Assembly (NCBI GenBank): GCA_023818785.1
Contig: JAMWCO010000001.1
Location: forward strand, 1-26,664
From: Candidatus Omnitrophota bacterium
GTDB taxonomy: Bacteria; Ratteibacteria; UBA8468; B48-G9; JAFGKM01
DNA length: 26,664 nt
Reading direction: 5' to 3'
Part shown: positions 1 through 7,770 of the stretch, one piece after another
How positions within the stretch are numbered: position 1 is the first letter of the stretch
How the letters are laid out: every line of letters begins with the position of its first letter
Made by a program: the position numbers and the translations under genes
The notes under the pieces: model-generated
The model's database searches: none
Told to the model about the DNA's origin: nothing
The model's input: the letters and a program-made list of their open reading frames with translations, nothing else

Positions 1-648
1 TTCATAATTAAAACCGAGTAATTTTGATATTTCTTCTGCATATAAACCAGCACAGTTTATAACAATTTCTGAAAAATATTTACCCTTTTCTGTTTCTAAA
101 AGATAAAGACCATTTTTCTTTTCAATATTTATAACTTTTTCATCAAAACCAGTAAGTCCACCATTATTTATAAATTTCTCATAAAGACAATCCATCAAAT
201 AATGAACATTTAATATTCCTGTTGAGCCAGTATATAATGCACAAATTCCTTCAATTTCAGGAAATAAACTTTTTAATTCATTTTTCTCAATTATTTTAAT
301 ATCGGGAACTTCATTATCAATCCCCTGCTTATATAATCTTTCTATTTCATTTATTTCCTCTGGTTCAACTGCAACTGTTAATTTCCCTGTTTTTTTGTAA
401 AGAATATTATTTTCTTTTAAAAATTCATAAAGTAGTTCATTCCCTTCAACACATAATTTTGCCTTTAATGAACCAGTTGGATAATGAATTCCTGAATGTA
501 TAACTTCACTATTTCTTGAACTTGTTTCAAGTCCATATTTTTTATTTTTTTCAATCAAACCAACAGAATATTTCTTTGATAATTGATAAGAAATTGATAA
601 TCCAATAACTCCTGCACCAATAACAATAATATCAAAGTCCTTTTTCAT
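1..648 (-). CDS. FAD-dependent oxidoreductase, L-2-hydroxyglutarate oxidase (LhgO)/DAO family; 3' end runs off the left edge
   Basis: Not in the supplied ORF track. Manual translation from ATG at 648 gives MKKDFDIIVIGAGVIGLSISYQLSKKYSVGLIEKNKKYGLETSSRNSEVIHSGIHYPTGSLKAKLCVEG: a Rossmann GxGxxG followed by the TSSRNSEVIHSG motif typical of LhgO-like enzymes. The start overlaps the SGNH gene end. Confidence 0.85.
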   Translation of the reverse strand, partial: MKKDFDIIVIGAGVIGLSISYQLSKKYSVGLIEKNKKYGLETSSRNSEVIHSGIHYPTGSLKAKLCVEGNELLYEFLKENNILYKKTGKLTVAVEPEEINEIERLYKQGIDNEVPDIKIIEKNELKSLFPEIEGICALYTGSTGILNVHYLMDCLYEKFINNGGLTGFDEKVINIEKKNGLYLLETEKGKYFSEIVINCAGLYAEEISKLLGFNYE

Positions 649-1306
649 TTATAAATTCCAAGTACGGTCCTAACATTTTAAAAAGTTGATTTGCAATTAA
701 AAAATGACCTGTAGAATTTGGATGAACAGGTTCTGGTGCAAATGTTTCTGGCTCAAAATATCTAAGATATTCCTGAAAAACTCTATGAATTTTTAAATGA
801 TATGTTTCATATTTCTTACTCATTTCTTCCACTATTTCAATATATTCTTCAATCTCTTTTAAAACTTTCCCTCTAAAATTATCAGTTGTATCAGTTGAAA
901 TATAAAATGGTTCAATTAAAATTATTTTACAATTAAGTTTCTCTGTTGTCCTTTTAAGAATATAATCATATCTTTTCCTGTAATTTTCAGGAGTAAATTC
1001 TGTCCATGCTTCAAACTTATTTAAAACTCTGTGGAGGTCATTTATTCCTATTAATATAATTAACCAATCTGGTTTTTGATAAATAACATCATCTTCCCAT
1101 CTATTTTCAAGGTCAAGTATTGTATTTCCACCTATACCCTTATTAATTATTTCTATTTTTCTATTTGGGAAATTAGAAATCACCATATCTGAAAAAAGTT
1201 TAACATATCCATTCCCAAGTGGTTTAAATTCTCCTCTTCTACCGCAATCTGTAATACTATCTCCTATAAAAAGAACTTTCTCTCCATTTTTTATTTTAAA
1301 TTCCAT
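632..1306 (-). CDS. SGNH/GDSL-family hydrolase (esterase/lipase)
   Basis: Blocks I-V present: FIGDSITD, NKGIGGN, IGIND, EPVHP. SD AAGGAG lies upstream of the ATG. Confidence 0.9.
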   Translation of the reverse strand: MEFKIKNGEKVLFIGDSITDCGRRGEFKPLGNGYVKLFSDMVISNFPNRKIEIINKGIGGNTILDLENRWEDDVIYQKPDWLIILIGINDLHRVLNKFEAWTEFTPENYRKRYDYILKRTTEKLNCKIILIEPFYISTDTTDNFRGKVLKEIEEYIEIVEEMSKKYETYHLKIHRVFQEYLRYFEPETFAPEPVHPNSTGHFLIANQLFKMLGPYLEFINEKGL

Positions 1307-1350
1307 CTCTACTCCTTTTTCTAAATCTGGTTTTAATTAAAAAGTTAAAT

Positions 1351-1914
1351 TTATTTATGGACTCTTTCTATATATTGATGAGTTTTTGTTGAGATTCTTA
1401 CAATATCTCCTTCTTTTATAAATTGAGGGACTAAAATTTCCATACCATTTTCAAGAGTTGCACTTTTCCATGTACTATCTGTTCCACTTTTTATTCCTTC
1501 ACCTGTTCTTATTACTCTCAAATCAACATATTCAGGTATAACAACACTTATTGGATTCCCTTCAAAAATTTGAATTTTTAATTTAACACCTTCTTTTATA
1601 TATTTTTTAAAATCACCTATTGTATAAGATGGAAGTTCTATCATATCAAATGTTTCTGGATGAATAAAATAAAAACTTTCTCCATCTGAATAACTATATT
1701 CCATTTCTATTTCTTCAATCTCAATATTTTCTATTTTTTCATCAGGAGAGACCCTTAAATCGTAGGTATGCCCTGTTTTTAAATCAAGTAATTTAAGATA
1801 TGTATAACTTGAAAATTGTGCAGTCCGTGCTTTTGTTTCTATTTCCAAAACTTTATATAACTTGCCTTCTCTTTTTATTATCATCCCCTCTTTTATTTCA
1901 GATACATTAATCAT
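1351..1914 (-). CDS. efp: Elongation factor P family protein, atypical paralog
   Basis: 187 aa with the EF-P three-domain pattern: EIKEGMII..EGKLY, EYSYSDGESFYF, ATLENGMEILVPQFIKEGD..RI, C-terminal YIER. SD GGAG. The canonical KPGKG loop is absent (see findings). Confidence 0.9.
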   Translation of the reverse strand: MINVSEIKEGMIIKREGKLYKVLEIETKARTAQFSSYTYLKLLDLKTGHTYDLRVSPDEKIENIEIEEIEMEYSYSDGESFYFIHPETFDMIELPSYTIGDFKKYIKEGVKLKIQIFEGNPISVVIPEYVDLRVIRTGEGIKSGTDSTWKSATLENGMEILVPQFIKEGDIVRISTKTHQYIERVHK

Positions 1915-1946
1915 ACTTTTTCTCCATTATTTTTCTCTTATTATAT

Positions 1947-1975
1947 TTTATACCTTTTTAACTTTTTCTTTTCAA
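1947..1975 (-). promoter_or_regulatory. Putative sigma70-type promoter for the efp paralog
   Basis: Minus strand TTGAAA (1975-1970), 17-nt spacer, TATAAA (1952-1947) in the short intergenic gap. The AT-rich background lowers specificity. Confidence 0.5.
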
Positions 1976-1977
1976 TC

Positions 1978-3072
1978 TTATGTATTTTTTATCAGATAGT
2001 TTCTAATCTCTTCTGCATCTTTTAAATTTTTTATCTGGTTCCAAAAATGATATACAACTCTTTCTGGTCCAAGTTCTTTATGGAAAATCTTCACTTCTTC
2101 AAATGATTGAGGATATATAACAACAGATTTCTTTGATTTAATTATTTTTTTTAAAATGTCAATCCAGTAAATATGTGGTTTATTTCCTGCTCCTGGGACC
2201 CATTGTATACCATTTATTTTTTTAATTGAAAGTAAATCATCAAGATGTTTTAATGCACCTGGACCATCAAGATGAAATATTGAATGGTCAAGGAAATTCG
2301 CTTCATACTCAATATAAGGTAGGGCAAATTTTCTAAACATTTCTTTTGAAATCATACATATAAAATCACATTGAATTGTGCAATATTTTTTTTCTGAATA
2401 AAATGGAATCCAACAAGTTGTTCCCCATCTTTCCATTTCTGTTAAATCATAGATTTCATTGTAAATATCAATAAAGATATATTTTATTTCTTCAAGTATT
2501 TCTTTTATTAATTCAGGTATTTCTATTAAATCAATACATAATTTTTCAGTTCCTCTTATTGCTCTCAATAAGTCAAGATGTGTATGAAAATCTGGCATCT
2601 GTAATAAAAATTTTCCATTCCCTTTATCAGAAGCATATTTGTAAAATTCAATAAATTTTTTATACCAGACACCTTCTTTATCAATCTCAATCTTTTTAAA
2701 ATTATTCCAATTATCAATGAATGGTTCTATCCATGCAGTTTTGCTTTTAATCCTTATATTTTTTTCTCCTCCTTTCACAAAATATGAAATTGTATCAGGA
2801 CCAAAAGAAATTCTCAAAGAAGGAATAGTTTCTGCAAAGAAAATAGTATTTTCACAAAACTCTTCAAACTTATCTATTGGTTGTTCAAAATTTCCATCAA
2901 TCCCAGATAGATAATCTGGAGGAAGTATCTTTTTTTCATTTTTTGGGAAACAAGCAATAATTAAAGGTCTATCTATGATTTCTCCATTCCAAAAAGCATC
3001 CCAGTATTTTTTTGCTTCTTCAAAATCATCTTTATATTTTAGATACAACTTTTGGTTTTGTCCCTTCTCCAT
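1978..3072 (-). CDS. Uroporphyrinogen decarboxylase/MtaA-like TIM-barrel protein of unknown function
   Basis: 364 aa with motifs IIDRPL, SFGPD, DFHTHLDLLRAIRGTEKLCIDL, IQCDFICMIS..MF..FALP and FHLDGPGAL.HLDDLL.I..I.GIQWVPGAG, matching the uncharacterised URO-D/methylcobamide-methyltransferase-like family as I recall it. Confidence 0.7.
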   Translation of the reverse strand: MEKGQNQKLYLKYKDDFEEAKKYWDAFWNGEIIDRPLIIACFPKNEKKILPPDYLSGIDGNFEQPIDKFEEFCENTIFFAETIPSLRISFGPDTISYFVKGGEKNIRIKSKTAWIEPFIDNWNNFKKIEIDKEGVWYKKFIEFYKYASDKGNGKFLLQMPDFHTHLDLLRAIRGTEKLCIDLIEIPELIKEILEEIKYIFIDIYNEIYDLTEMERWGTTCWIPFYSEKKYCTIQCDFICMISKEMFRKFALPYIEYEANFLDHSIFHLDGPGALKHLDDLLSIKKINGIQWVPGAGNKPHIYWIDILKKIIKSKKSVVIYPQSFEEVKIFHKELGPERVVYHFWNQIKNLKDAEEIRNYLIKNT

Positions 3073-3421
3073 AAATTTTGCCTTTTTTAAATCCGATTAT
3101 CCAAAATAAAATAAAAAATAGACAAAAAATTATAACTTTTAAAAAAATATTCTTCAAAAAATAAGCAAAAATAATCCCAAGTATAAATCCTAAAAGTGGA
3201 AATCCATAAATATAAAGAGAAATTTTAAATATTGCATCCTCATTTATCTCAATCTCAACATTATCCCCAACTTTTGCATCAATTAAATTTTCTGCTTCAA
3301 TTATTGGCTGTCTTGGAATCACTTTTTTACATAATCCACAACTTTTACATTTCTCTTTTTCTTCCATTAAAACAATTACTATATCATCTTTTACTTCTAT
3401 TATTTTACCTTTTTCTTTCAT
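3032..3421 (-). CDS. RseC/MucC-family (SoxR-reducing system) membrane protein
   Basis: N-terminal G.I.EV, CKSCGLC (CxxCxxC), A.N.I.AKVGD.VEI and IYGFPLLGFILG, then two TM helices. Start placed at MKEKG (3421) rather than the ORF-track ATG at 3448. Confidence 0.85.
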   Translation of the reverse strand: MKEKGKIIEVKDDIVIVLMEEKEKCKSCGLCKKVIPRQPIIEAENLIDAKVGDNVEIEINEDAIFKISLYIYGFPLLGFILGIIFAYFLKNIFLKVIIFCLFFILFWIIGFKKGKIYGEGTKPKVVSKI

Positions 3422-3524
3422 CACTTTTATTCCTGAAAATAAAATCAATTATGATTTCTGATGTTCTTTTCCCTAACAAATATCCGTTTTTACTAAAATA
3501 ATAACTACATATGTTATCAATTTA

Positions 3525-3554
3525 ATTATATTATAAAGAAAATCTATTTGGCAA
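3525..3554 (-). promoter_or_regulatory. Putative sigma70 promoter for the RseC-led run
   Basis: Minus strand TTGCCA (3554-3549), 18 nt, TATAAT (3530-3525). A second TATAAT overlaps at 3535-3530. Confidence 0.4.
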
Positions 3555-3561
3555 CCAATTT

Positions 3562-3589
3562 TTGATATTGTGTAAAAATAGGTTAAAAT
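3562..3589 (+). promoter_or_regulatory. Putative sigma70 promoter for MFS-RNase pair
   Basis: TTGATA (3562-3567), 16 nt, TAAAAT (3584-3589), 14 nt upstream of the MFS ATG. Confidence 0.35.
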
Positions 3590-3603
3590 TTATGAAATAA
3601 AAA

Positions 3604-4773
3604 ATGTGGAAAAAAACTTTTATTTCAACTTTTATTGCTCAAGTTTTGTCTATAATTGGTTTTTCTTTTGCTATGCCATTTTTACCATTTTTTATTTCTG
3701 AACTTGGTATAAAAGATATATCTTCTCAAACTTATTGGTCAGGAATAATATTATCTTCTTCAGGGCTTACTTTCACTCTTTTTTCTCCTATCTGGGGACA
3801 TTTTGCTGATAAATATGGAAGGAAAGTAATGGTTGTAAGGAGTATGTTTGGAGGGACTTTAATATTATTTCTTATCTCTTTTGTAAAAAATGTAAAACAA
3901 TTACTTATATGTAGATTGCTTCAAGGTGCTTTAACAGGAACAATAGTTGCTTCTGTTACTCTTGTTGCAAGTGTTGTCCCTATAGAAAAAAGTGGTTTTA
4001 CACTTGGAATGATGCAAACGGCTGTCTCTATTGGTAACTCTGTCGGTCCTTTTATTGGTGGTTTTTTAGCAGACAATTTCGGTTATAGAAATACTTTTAG
4101 GATTGGTGGACTTATCATTTTTGTTGGTGGACTTTTAGTTCTTTTATTTGCAAAAGAAAATATGTCAAATGTAAAAGAGAATAATGAAAATGTTTCATTT
4201 AGAGATATTTTGAAAATAAAAGGTTTCTGGATTGCAATAATGATTATGTTCGCAGTAAGGTTTTCAAATACAATACTTAGTCCATCCTTTCCTCTTGTTA
4301 TAAAAGAAATATTACACTCTCCAGAAAGATTAAATACAATAACAGGATTGATTATAGGAGTTGCTGCTGTAATAGAAGGTGTATCTGCTGCTTTTTTAGG
4401 ATTTATTGGAGATAATATAGGTTATTTAGGATTGACTATTAATTGTTTTACTATTGCTGCAATTGCTTCCTTAGGTCATTTTTTCTCTTATTCAATTATT
4501 ATCCTTTTCATTTTCAGAATTTTATATGTTGGGAGTGTTGCTGGTCTTATCCCTTCTGCTAATTCAATAATTAAAAAACTTATTGAAGAAAAATCTATTG
4601 GTAAGGCATATGGGATATTAAATTCTATAAGTATGCTTGGTTTGGCTTTTGGTCCATTTATTGGTGGTTATACTGGAAAGATTTTAGGAGTGAGGTCTCC
4701 ATTTTTGATAACAGCAATTACACAGAGTTTAATATCTTTAGTTTTATTTAAATTTTTGAAAGATAGAAAGTAA
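3604..4773 (+). CDS. MFS transporter, DHA1 (MdtG-like) family
   Basis: About 12 hydrophobic segments, N-terminal GFSFAMPFLPFFI, motif A WGHFADKYGRK, RLLQG, and motif C GP(F)IGG. Confidence 0.9.
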   Translation: MWKKTFISTFIAQVLSIIGFSFAMPFLPFFISELGIKDISSQTYWSGIILSSSGLTFTLFSPIWGHFADKYGRKVMVVRSMFGGTLILFLISFVKNVKQLLICRLLQGALTGTIVASVTLVASVVPIEKSGFTLGMMQTAVSIGNSVGPFIGGFLADNFGYRNTFRIGGLIIFVGGLLVLLFAKENMSNVKENNENVSFRDILKIKGFWIAIMIMFAVRFSNTILSPSFPLVIKEILHSPERLNTITGLIIGVAAVIEGVSAAFLGFIGDNIGYLGLTINCFTIAAIASLGHFFSYSIIILFIFRILYVGSVAGLIPSANSIIKKLIEEKSIGKAYGILNSISMLGLAFGPFIGGYTGKILGVRSPFLITAITQSLISLVLFKFLKDRK

Positions 4774-4793
4774 AAATCTAAGGGAGGAGATGT

Positions 4794-6179
4794 ATGAAAA
4801 TTAAATTTCTTGGTGCAACAAAAAATGTAACTGGTTCAAAATTTTATATACAAGCGGATGGGAAGAATATACTTATTGATTGTGGATTATTTCAGGAAAG
4901 GGAATTAAAAAATAGAAACTGGGGAAAATTTCCAATCCCACCAGAAAATATTGATTATATACTTTTAACTCATGCACATCTTGACCATTCTGGATACTTA
5001 CCAAAGATTGTAAAAGATGGTTTTTCAGGAAAAATCTTATGTTCTCTTCCAACATTAGAAATAACAAAAGTAGCACTACTTGATTCTGCAAAATTACAAG
5101 TTGAAGATGCTGAAAAAAAGAAAAAAAGACATGAAAAAGAAGGGAAAAAAGGACCATATCCTGAAATCCCTTTATATGATGTAGAGGATGTAATGAATGT
5201 ATTTGATTTATTTCAACCAGTTTCATATAATAAAGAAGTTAATTTATCAAAAGATATAAAAGTTATTTTTTACAAATCAGGTCATATACTTGGCTCCTCT
5301 TTCATAAAGATTATAACAGAAGGTAAAGAGATTGTTTTTTCAGGAGATATAGGAAGAAAAGAAAGCCCAATTTTGCCAAACCCTGATATTTTAGAAAGTG
5401 CTGATATTTTGATAATGGAAACAACTTATGGTGATAGAATTCATGAAAAAAGAGAAATTGCTGAAGAAAAACTTGTGGATATTATAAATGAAACAAATAA
5501 AAAAAGAGGCAATATTGTTATACCAACTTTCGCAATAGAGAGAGCACAGGAAATTTTATATTATCTTAAAAAACTCCTTTTGGAAGATAAAATTCCACAT
5601 TTACTTACATTCCTTGATAGTCCAATGGCTATTGAAATAACAGAAATTTTTAAAAAATATCTATCCTATCTTGATGGAGAAGCAGAAAAATTATTAAAAA
5701 ACAAAATATCTCCTTTTGATTTCCCTCTTTTACATCTTACAAAAACAGTTGAAGAATCAAAAATGATTAATCATATAAAGGGCTCTGTAATTATTATGGC
5801 TGGAAGTGGAATGTGCACAGGCGGTAGGATTAAACATCATCTTATTAAAAATATTGAGAGAGAAGAATCATCTATCCTTTTTGTTGGGTATCAAGCAAAA
5901 GGAACTCTTGGAAGAGAAATACTTGAAAAACATAATGTAAGAATTTTAGGAAATTTTTATAATGTTAGGGCAAGAATTGAAAAAATAGATGGATTTTCTG
6001 GTCATGCTGATAGAGATGAACTACTGGAATGGATATATGGATTTAAAAAACAACCTGAAAATATCTTTTTAGTTCATGGAGAAGAAAATGTTATAAATAC
6101 TTTTTCAGAAATATTAAGGGAAAGATACTCTAAATCAAAAATAATTATCCCTTCTTATCTTGATGTATTTGAACTTTGA
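4794..6179 (+). CDS. Metallo-beta-lactamase/beta-CASP family RNase (CPSF73/YSH1-like bacterial group)
   Basis: DCGLFQ, THAHLDH, GHILG, SGDIG, METTYG, SGMCTGGRI.HH, GYQA.GTLG, FSGHAD and LVHGE motifs are all intact. Strong SD AAGGGAGGAG. Confidence 0.92.
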   Translation: MKIKFLGATKNVTGSKFYIQADGKNILIDCGLFQERELKNRNWGKFPIPPENIDYILLTHAHLDHSGYLPKIVKDGFSGKILCSLPTLEITKVALLDSAKLQVEDAEKKKKRHEKEGKKGPYPEIPLYDVEDVMNVFDLFQPVSYNKEVNLSKDIKVIFYKSGHILGSSFIKIITEGKEIVFSGDIGRKESPILPNPDILESADILIMETTYGDRIHEKREIAEEKLVDIINETNKKRGNIVIPTFAIERAQEILYYLKKLLLEDKIPHLLTFLDSPMAIEITEIFKKYLSYLDGEAEKLLKNKISPFDFPLLHLTKTVEESKMINHIKGSVIIMAGSGMCTGGRIKHHLIKNIEREESSILFVGYQAKGTLGREILEKHNVRILGNFYNVRARIEKIDGFSGHADRDELLEWIYGFKKQPENIFLVHGEENVINTFSEILRERYSKSKIIIPSYLDVFEL

Positions 6180-7354
6180 AAAATCTTTTTAAGATTTTTT
6201 ATTGCCTGCTTTATTCTCTGCTCGTTTTCAACAAGTGCAAATCTCACATATCCTTCTCCATATTTCCCAAAACCAACTCCAGGAGAAACAGCAATTTCAG
6301 CATTTTCAAGTAGATAAAGAGAAAACTTCATAGAGCCAATATTTTTAAATTTTTCAGGAATTTCTGCCCATATATACATTGTTGCTTTTGGTTTTTCTAC
6401 TCTCCATCCAATTTTATTAAGACCTTCAACAAGAACATCCCTTCTTTTTCTGTATGTTTCTCTTACCTGGTCAATATATTTTTCATCAAGTCGTAAAGCA
6501 CATATAGCAGCAACTTGAATTGGTGTAAAAATCCCATAATCATAATAACTTTTTAATTTTGTAAGTGCTCCTATTATATATTTATTACCAACTGCAAAAC
6601 CAACACGCCAGCCAGGCATATTATATGTCTTTGAAAGGGAATAAAATTCTATTCCTAAATTCTTAGCATCTTTTACCTGTAAGAAACTTGGTGGTTTATA
6701 TCCATCAAAATATATTTCTGAATAAGCAATATCATGAATAACAATTAGGTCATTTTTCTTTGCAAATTTGACAACTTCTTTAAAAAAATCTATATCAACG
6801 ACTTGAGTTGTTGGATTGTTTGGATAACTTATAATCATTGCTTTTGGTTTTGGAAATCTATCATAAATTGGTTGTTTAAAATCTGGTATAAAATTGTTTT
6901 CCTTTGTTAATGGCATATCATAAATTGTCCCACCTGCAAAAATTACACTATATAGATGACTTGGATATGTTGGATTTGGAACAAGAACAACATCTCCTAT
7001 GTCAAAAATTGCAAGAGCAAGGTGACTTATCCCTTCTTTAGAACCAATACATACTACTACTTCTTCTTCAGGATCAAGTTTAACTCCAAATCTTTTTTCG
7101 TACCAGTTGGCAATCTCTTTTCTTAAATTGAATATCCCTTTTGAAACACTATATCTATGAACCTTAGGGTCTTTAAGAACCTCTTTTAATTTTTCTATTA
7201 TAGGTGTAGGTGGTGGTCTGTCAGGATTTCCCATCCCAAAATCAATAATATCTTTCCCTTCCCTTCTCAATTGTAGTTTTCTTGCATTAATCTGTTGGAA
7301 CATATAAACAGGTAAGTTTCTAATTCTTTGAGATTCAATATTTTTTATCTTCAT
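6155..7354 (-). CDS. alaC: PLP-dependent class I/II aminotransferase, AlaC (glutamate-pyruvate) type
   Basis: Close motif-by-motif resemblance to E. coli AlaC as I recall it: RI..LP.Y.F, IIDFGMGNPD, IGSKEG, YP.NPT, HDIAY, SLSKTYNMPGWRVG (PLP lysine), KSYYDYGIFTPIQVAA, VRFALVEN. Start placed at MKIKN (7354). DapL-like activity is not excluded. Confidence 0.8.
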   Translation of the reverse strand: MKIKNIESQRIRNLPVYMFQQINARKLQLRREGKDIIDFGMGNPDRPPPTPIIEKLKEVLKDPKVHRYSVSKGIFNLRKEIANWYEKRFGVKLDPEEEVVVCIGSKEGISHLALAIFDIGDVVLVPNPTYPSHLYSVIFAGGTIYDMPLTKENNFIPDFKQPIYDRFPKPKAMIISYPNNPTTQVVDIDFFKEVVKFAKKNDLIVIHDIAYSEIYFDGYKPPSFLQVKDAKNLGIEFYSLSKTYNMPGWRVGFAVGNKYIIGALTKLKSYYDYGIFTPIQVAAICALRLDEKYIDQVRETYRKRRDVLVEGLNKIGWRVEKPKATMYIWAEIPEKFKNIGSMKFSLYLLENAEIAVSPGVGFGKYGEGYVRFALVENEQRIKQAIKNLKKIFQSSNTSR

Positions 7355-7770
7355 TTTTACTCTCAAAATTTTCTATAATTTTTTTTAAATTTTCCAGATT
7401 CAATTCATTTATAATTATATCAGCATTTTTTAGTTTTTCAATTGACTGTGTAGTAGAAAATACCAACACAAAAAATCCCAGTTGATTTCGCTGATTTAAT
7501 TCCAGTTTCAGAATCTTCAAATGCAATTATATTTTCTGGCAAAATATTCAATTTTTTTGAGGTTAATATGTAGATATTCAGAACCTTTTTTATTTTTTCA
7601 GAAATTTTCTGTAAAAATAGAGTATCTTCAACACCAACTCCTTCTTCAAAATCATCTGATGCTAAATTAATATTATAGGAGGGTAAAAAACTCTTCCATG
7701 CTAAAACATATAATTTTTCTGTATCAAATAATACACCATCCCCATCAAAAATAATCCATTTTAATTTCAT
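7335..7770 (-). pseudogene. Degraded HAD-superfamily (beta-PGM/CbbY-like) phosphatase
   Basis: Motif I FDGDGVLFDTE and motif IV AFEDS..GI.SAK..G..CVGI are only about 75 aa apart, motif II and the KP motif are missing, and the C-terminus (STTQSIEKLKNADIII) continues in the +1 frame after a T4 run at 7457-7460. Confidence 0.75.

Noticed and set aside
3592-3603. Minimal uORF ATG-AAA-TAA in frame just upstream of the MFS gene
   Set aside because: It begins 2 nt after the predicted -10, so it is probably upstream of the transcription start, and such triplets are expected by chance at this AT content.
7440-7480. Programmed ribosomal frameshift in the HAD gene
   Set aside because: The required shift is +1 at ATT TTC, which is not a recognised shift site, and the separate internal deletion already removes catalytic motifs. 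Decay or a homopolymer error is simpler.
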